A stretch of 42,691 bases of DNA from Candidatus Terraquivivens ruidianensis (GTDB lineage: Archaea > Thermoproteota > Nitrososphaeria_A > Caldarchaeales > Wolframiiraptoraceae): contig JALNLB010000001.1 of NCBI GenBank assembly GCA_023267885.1, positions 72,779 to 115,469 on the forward strand, written 5' to 3'. The number at the start of each line of letters is the position of its first letter. Within the stretch, counting starts at the first letter, position 1. Below, piece after piece: positions 38,506 through 42,691 of this stretch. A program made the translations under genes and the position numbers. The notes beneath the pieces were generated by a model. The model was not told the DNA's origin. It was given only the letters and a program-made list of their open reading frames with translations, and did no database searches.

Positions 38506-39507
38506 TCATAATAAGCTTTTGACAGTTATTGGAGCTGCCAGCTCAGTGATGTCTATGTTGTTCTCATTTATTCTATCAATGTTTAAGATGATCTTTGTCA
38601 TATAGTTTCGAATTTCATAGGGCACATAATTCAGGGAGGAAAGTACCATTTCATAGAGCTTGCTGTACTCGCTCCTGTTTTCTAAGACCTTGAGAGCCAA
38701 AGAGACGTCCTCTGAGAGAAAAGCCTCTATTGATTCCATGCCGGTTTTTGTGATGTTGTTACTCAGTTGCTTGAAAGTACTTAGCAGATTTTCGGGTATT
38801 TGTGGACCTTTGTTTTTTATGACATCTATAGATATCAAGGCGGCATGGTCACCACTATCTTCAAGAAATTTTGCAACGAGCCTGAAGTCCATTAGCCTGA
38901 GTTGAGAGAGCTCCACTTTCCTAGCAATCTCTGGGTCCCTTACTGCAAGTCGTACTATCCTAACGAGCGTGAAGTAGTGTCTGTCAACTTCCTCATCACG
39001 TTGCAAACTCTTCTCGGCTAGGTTCAAATCACCATTCATGACCGATGTTAAAGAATCTGACACCATGCTGCTGACGAGTGAGCTCATGCGTCTTAGAACC
39101 TTATCTGGAGTTATGGCTTCGGGGTCGAGCAATATCTGGATTTCTATGCTGTCAGGTAACTCTTCGATTATCTCGGCCCCAGCAAGCCTCCTTACACATT
39201 TTCTTATTTCACTAACCGTCTCGCTCTTGAATGGCTTTAACGATTTTAACTTAATCGTGTTAAAGCCCATCAGATAACCGCCGACTATGTCCCTCACGAC
39301 CGCCGGGCTATCTTTTATTATTATTTCGGTTGGGTTCCTAGTAGGCTGCCTGCCCTCGGGCGTTATAAGCAGAGAGCCGTCCTCTAACACATCGATGCTG
39401 AGTGTAGCACCCTCTGCGATATCCAGCCTCTTAACCCAACTCTTCGGGAGAGTTATCGCATATGAGCCGCCGCCAGTGAGCTGTAAGACCCTTTTGTGAG
39501 GTGGCAT
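38506..39507 (-). CDS. Archaeal PhoU-family regulator with N-terminal AbrB domain
   Basis: QLTGGGSYAITLPKSW, RDEEVDRHYF, LEDSGDHA. Confidence 0.85.
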   Translation of the reverse strand: MPPHKRVLQLTGGGSYAITLPKSWVKRLDIAEGATLSIDVLEDGSLLITPEGRQPTRNPTEIIIKDSPAVVRDIVGGYLMGFNTIKLKSLKPFKSETVSEIRKCVRRLAGAEIIEELPDSIEIQILLDPEAITPDKVLRRMSSLVSSMVSDSLTSVMNGDLNLAEKSLQRDEEVDRHYFTLVRIVRLAVRDPEIARKVELSQLRLMDFRLVAKFLEDSGDHAALISIDVIKNKGPQIPENLLSTFKQLSNNITKTGMESIEAFLSEDVSLALKVLENRSEYSKLYEMVLSSLNYVPYEIRNYMTKIILNIDRINENNIDITELAAPITVKSLL

Positions 39508-39603
39508 TATTTCTCAATTTAGGTACAGCAGGCTGCTAAAAACGTTTTTCGGCATCCTAAGACCCTTTCTGGGTAAAAGGCCGCTTTCTAACGTTTTTGC
39601 GCT

Positions 39604-39617
39604 AAAAAGGTTTATTA
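39604..39617 (+). promoter_or_regulatory. Putative BRE/TATA promoter of the rpl22 operon
   Basis: AAAAAGG-TTTATTA about 40 nt upstream of the rpl22 ATG. Confidence 0.5.
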
Positions 39618-39651
39618 CTACCACGTTCAGCTAGGGCAACTAGCACGAGTT

Positions 39652-40107
39652 ATGCCAGAATGGGGATACTCGATTCAAGGACTGGACCCGGACAGGACGG
39701 TCAAGGCTAGCCTCAGAGAGGCAGACCTCTCTCCAAAATTTTCGAGGGAAGTTTGCAGAGCGATTGTAGGCTTAAGGCTGGATGAAGCAAAGCGGCTTAT
39801 GGAAGATGTTATTAATGGGAGACGTGTGATTCCTTATAAACGCTACAGTAAGAAGCGGGGCCATAAACGGGCCGCAAACGGGCCCGGTGGATATCCCGTC
39901 AAGATTGCCCGTAGAATGTTAAAGTTGTTGGAGAGTTTGGAGGCGAATGCGGAGTTTAAGGGCCTATCGCCCGAGAGCGTTAAGATAATTCATGCAGCTG
40001 CCCACAAAGGCAGGATTATGAGGAAGTATATCGAGAGAGCGTTCGGCAGGTCTTCACCGTATTTCAAAACGCTTGTTCATATAGAAGTAATAGGTGAGGC
40101 GACGTAG
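39652..40107 (+). CDS. rpl22: 50S ribosomal protein L22 (uL22)
   Basis: SPKFSREVC, YPVK, ANAEFKGL, RAFGRSSP, HIEV. Confidence 0.96.
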   Translation: MPEWGYSIQGLDPDRTVKASLREADLSPKFSREVCRAIVGLRLDEAKRLMEDVINGRRVIPYKRYSKKRGHKRAANGPGGYPVKIARRMLKLLESLEANAEFKGLSPESVKIIHAAAHKGRIMRKYIERAFGRSSPYFKTLVHIEVIGEAT

Positions 40108-40110
40108 TCG

Positions 40111-40749
40111 ATGTCGGCAATCAAAAAGTTACTTAAAACAAGCATCCAAAAGCATGAAATAGAAGAGTATCTGAGGGAGGAGCTTAAGGACGCAATCTTT
40201 GGCGGCGTTGACATAGCATTTACACCAATCGGCACAAGGGTTACTATATATGCTATGAGGCCAGGACGCGTCATAGGACCTAGGGGGCGCGTCATAAAGG
40301 AGGTATCCAGCGTGCTAGAGAGTAGATTTGGTGTCGAGAATCCGCAGGTAACCGTCGCCGAAGTAGAAATCCCGGAGCTTAACCCTTACGTCATGGCTCA
40401 ACGTATAGCATCAGCTATTGAGAGGGGTGCAAGGTATAGACGCGTGGCCTTCTGGGCACTAAAGAGAATCATGGACGCCGGTGCGAGGGGTGTTGAGATA
40501 GAGATTAGTGGAAAGTTGACCTCGGCTAGAGCAAGGGGCGAGAAGTACAGCGAGGGAATCATGCCAAAGTCTGGCGAGCCTGCAGAGAAGTACGTTAAAA
40601 GGGGAATGGCGAGCGTTTTACTCAAGACGGGCCTTCATGGCATAAAGGTCTCTATATATCCTCCAGACACGCCCTTACCAGAAGAGGTCAAGATTCATCA
40701 GTCCAAGCAGGTAGAGGGCCCGGTGAAAGAAGGTGATCAAGGAGCTTAA
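40111..40749 (+). CDS. rps3: 30S ribosomal protein S3 (uS3)
   Basis: TPIGTRVTIYAMRPGRVIG, GARGVEIEISGKL. Confidence 0.96.
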   Translation: MSAIKKLLKTSIQKHEIEEYLREELKDAIFGGVDIAFTPIGTRVTIYAMRPGRVIGPRGRVIKEVSSVLESRFGVENPQVTVAEVEIPELNPYVMAQRIASAIERGARYRRVAFWALKRIMDAGARGVEIEISGKLTSARARGEKYSEGIMPKSGEPAEKYVKRGMASVLLKTGLHGIKVSIYPPDTPLPEEVKIHQSKQVEGPVKEGDQGA

Positions 40750-40951
40750 GGAATTAAGAGACATGAACGACGAGGAACTGTTGAAGGAACTCGAGAGCCT
40801 TAGAGTGGAGTATAGGGACCTTATGACCAAGGTAGCGGCGGGTGGAGCGGTCGAGAAGCCAGCAAGAGTACGTAATATTAGGAGGAGGATTGCCCGAATA
40901 CTCACCATACTTAGGGAAAGGAGGATGAGGAGACATGCAGCTACCCGTTGA
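40733..40951 (+). CDS. rpl29: 50S ribosomal protein L29 (uL29)
   Basis: ELRDMNDEEL, RNIRRRIARILT; synteny. Confidence 0.93.
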   Translation: MIKELKELRDMNDEELLKELESLRVEYRDLMTKVAAGGAVEKPARVRNIRRRIARILTILRERRMRRHAATR

Positions 40952-41225
40952 GCTTACGGCAAAAAATGTTACAAGGCATGAGTTGCTAGGTCTAAAAGTT
41001 GATGTGGAATGGAAGCATGGAAAGCAACCGAAGTTCTCTGGAATCGTCGTAGGTGAAACCAAGAATATGCTCGATGTGCAATCACCTAAAGGAAAGCGAC
41101 TTTTTCCGAAGACCGCGTGCATGTTCTCGTTCAAGCTTCCGGATGGCTCATGTGTTAAGGTTGACGGGACAGTTCTACTCGGGAGACCTGAGGACAGGTT
41201 GAAAAAGGTGGTGAGGAAGTGGTGA
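40935..41225 (+). CDS. rnp1: RNase P protein component 1 (Rpp29/Pop4)
   Basis: HELLGL, GIVVGETKN, GRPEDRLKK; conserved position between L29 and S17. Confidence 0.9.
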   Translation: MQLPVELTAKNVTRHELLGLKVDVEWKHGKQPKFSGIVVGETKNMLDVQSPKGKRLFPKTACMFSFKLPDGSCVKVDGTVLLGRPEDRLKKVVRKW

Positions 41226-41563
41226 GTGTAAAGAACATAGGCATTCAAGTAAAGCCTCCTGAGAGGGTGTGCGATGACCAGTTATGTCCGTTTCACGGTC
41301 ACCTGAAGGTTAGGGGAATCGTTCTTACAGGTACTGTTTACAAGAAAAAGATGAAGGACACCATAGTTGTGAGGAGGGATTATCTGAAATACGTGAAGAA
41401 GTACAGACGGTACGAGAGAAGAAAGAGCAACATATCAGCCCATTGCCCACCATGTATAGAGGCTCGGCCAGGTGATTTAGTGAAAATAGCCGAATGTAGA
41501 CCTATCAGCAAAACCGTCAGCTTCGTAGTTATAGAAAGGCTAGGAGGTGGTAAGGTTGGCTAA
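41219..41563 (+). CDS. rps17: 30S ribosomal protein S17 (uS17)
   Basis: [27 protein letters not shown]. Confidence 0.96.
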   Translation: MVSVKNIGIQVKPPERVCDDQLCPFHGHLKVRGIVLTGTVYKKKMKDTIVVRRDYLKYVKKYRRYERRKSNISAHCPPCIEARPGDLVKIAECRPISKTVSFVVIERLGGGKVG

Positions 41564-41990
41564 GAAGTCTAGGGCAGTTGCCGCTGTGGGCGTGCTTGAA
41601 AGGAGGCCGAACATACCTAGGACAATAAACGTCGGTGCTCATATCACATGTGCAGACAACACAGGGGCACGTGTGCTAAGGATAGTGCAGGTGCATGGTT
41701 ATAAAGGCAGGCTGAGACGTCAACCTGCCGCGTGTGTAGGTGACCTAGTCTCTGTTACCGTTGCGAAAGGACCCATAGACCTTAGGAAGAAGGTGACGCA
41801 GGCAGTCATTATAAGACAAAAAAAGCCTTACAGAAGGTCAGATGGTACTTGGATATTCTTTGAAGATACGGCCGCTGTCCTGATGACGCCAGACGGTGGA
41901 CTTAAGGGCACGGAAATAAAGGGCCCAGTGGCGAAAGAGGCAGCCGAGAGGTGGCCGAGAATAGCAAATGCCGCCAGTATTATAGTGTAG
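41547..41990 (+). CDS. rpl14: 50S ribosomal protein L14 (uL14)
   Basis: [35 protein letters not shown]; the start may instead be TTG at 41556. Confidence 0.96.
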   Translation: MVRLAKKSRAVAAVGVLERRPNIPRTINVGAHITCADNTGARVLRIVQVHGYKGRLRRQPAACVGDLVSVTVAKGPIDLRKKVTQAVIIRQKKPYRRSDGTWIFFEDTAAVLMTPDGGLKGTEIKGPVAKEAAERWPRIANAASIIV

Positions 41991-42000
41991 GTGAGGTTGG

Positions 42001-42375
42001 GTGAAGGTTTTATCGAAGAAACCCGGAAAACAAAGGAAGTACGTGTATAATGCTCCTCATCATAGGTTTTCTAAGCTCATGTCGGCCCATCTTTCTCCTG
42101 AACTTAGGGAGAAGTACGGTAGGAGGTCGTTCCCTGTAAGAAAGGGCGATACTGTTAAGATACTCGTAGGGGAGTTTAAGGGTATTGAGGGTAAAGTGAC
42201 GGGTGTCAATAGGGAAAAGCAGGCAGTGTATGTTGAAAACGTCACGATAAAGAGGGCTGACGGTCGTGTTAAGCCTAGACCTATACATGCATCAAACGTG
42301 ATCATAACATCGCTGAACCTTGAGGATAAGTATAGAAAACAGGCCTTAGAGGCTAAACAGACTAAGGGAGGATAG
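42001..42375 (+). CDS. rpl24: 50S ribosomal protein L24 (uL24)
   Basis: SKKPGKQRK, LSPELREKYG, VRKGDTV, IHASNV. Confidence 0.96.
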   Translation: MKVLSKKPGKQRKYVYNAPHHRFSKLMSAHLSPELREKYGRRSFPVRKGDTVKILVGEFKGIEGKVTGVNREKQAVYVENVTIKRADGRVKPRPIHASNVIITSLNLEDKYRKQALEAKQTKGG

Positions 42376-42381
42376 AACGGC

Positions 42382-42691
42382 ATGAGTCACTTGAAGAGGT
42401 TTGCAGCTCCGCGGCATTTTGACGTACCCATAAAAGCCGCCAAATTTGTTGCCAAACCGTCTCCAGGCCCTCATCCGATTGATAGTTGCATACCCATTAG
42501 CGTATTGCTAAGGGACCATATCAAATACGCAGAGACGATGGTTGAGGCCAAGAAGATAATTAAGGAAAGAAAAGTACTCGTAGACTGGAGGGTCGTGAGA
42601 GATCATAAGTTTCCTATCGGTCTCATGGACATCGTCTCGCTACCTGAAACTGGTGAACATTTTCGTATTGTACCAGCTTATAGAAAAGGCC
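42382..42691 (+). CDS. rps4e: 30S ribosomal protein S4e (partial, runs off window end)
   Basis: Manual translation MSHLKRFAAP...PSPGPH...LLRD...KFPIGLMDIV. Confidence 0.95.
   Translation, partial: MSHLKRFAAPRHFDVPIKAAKFVAKPSPGPHPIDSCIPISVLLRDHIKYAETMVEAKKIIKERKVLVDWRVVRDHKFPIGLMDIVSLPETGEHFRIVPAYRKG

Noticed and set aside
2-42383. Numerous antisense or overlapping ORFs in the track (e.g. 2-292, 3959-4423, 14182-14565, 32292-32795, 33191-33403, 40754-41248)
   Set aside because: They are shadow frames of well-supported genes and have no protein motifs of their own.

Overview
Core-genome segment of an archaeon, most likely TACK (Aigarchaeota/Thaumarchaeota-like). This is inferred from the single-chain RpoA (A'+A'' fused), unsplit RpoB, the eocyte-type insert in EF-1alpha and the LysW-dependent Lys/Arg pathway. 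The window holds the rpoH-rpoB-rpoA-rpl30e-nusA / rps12-rps7-tuf-rps10 cluster (interrupted by three membrane or secreted genes), an argX-lysY-(kdaD,hpcH)-lysZ-lysW-lysX-lysJ-lysK-argH cluster, EndoQ and EndoV, TrpB2, split MetE, tRNA-Arg(CCG) and the start of the rpl22-rps4e operon. The standout observation is in the EF-2 gene (31094-33316, minus). It is interrupted inside its GTP-binding P-loop (AH|VDHGKT) by a 33-nt insert (33200-33232) carrying two in-frame UAA stops. The insert folds into a canonical bulge-helix-bulge motif whose predicted endonuclease cuts restore the motif exactly, so it is a candidate tRNA-type intron in the mRNA of an essential translation factor. A second oddity is a LysW carrier protein ending EDWGQ instead of EDWGE.
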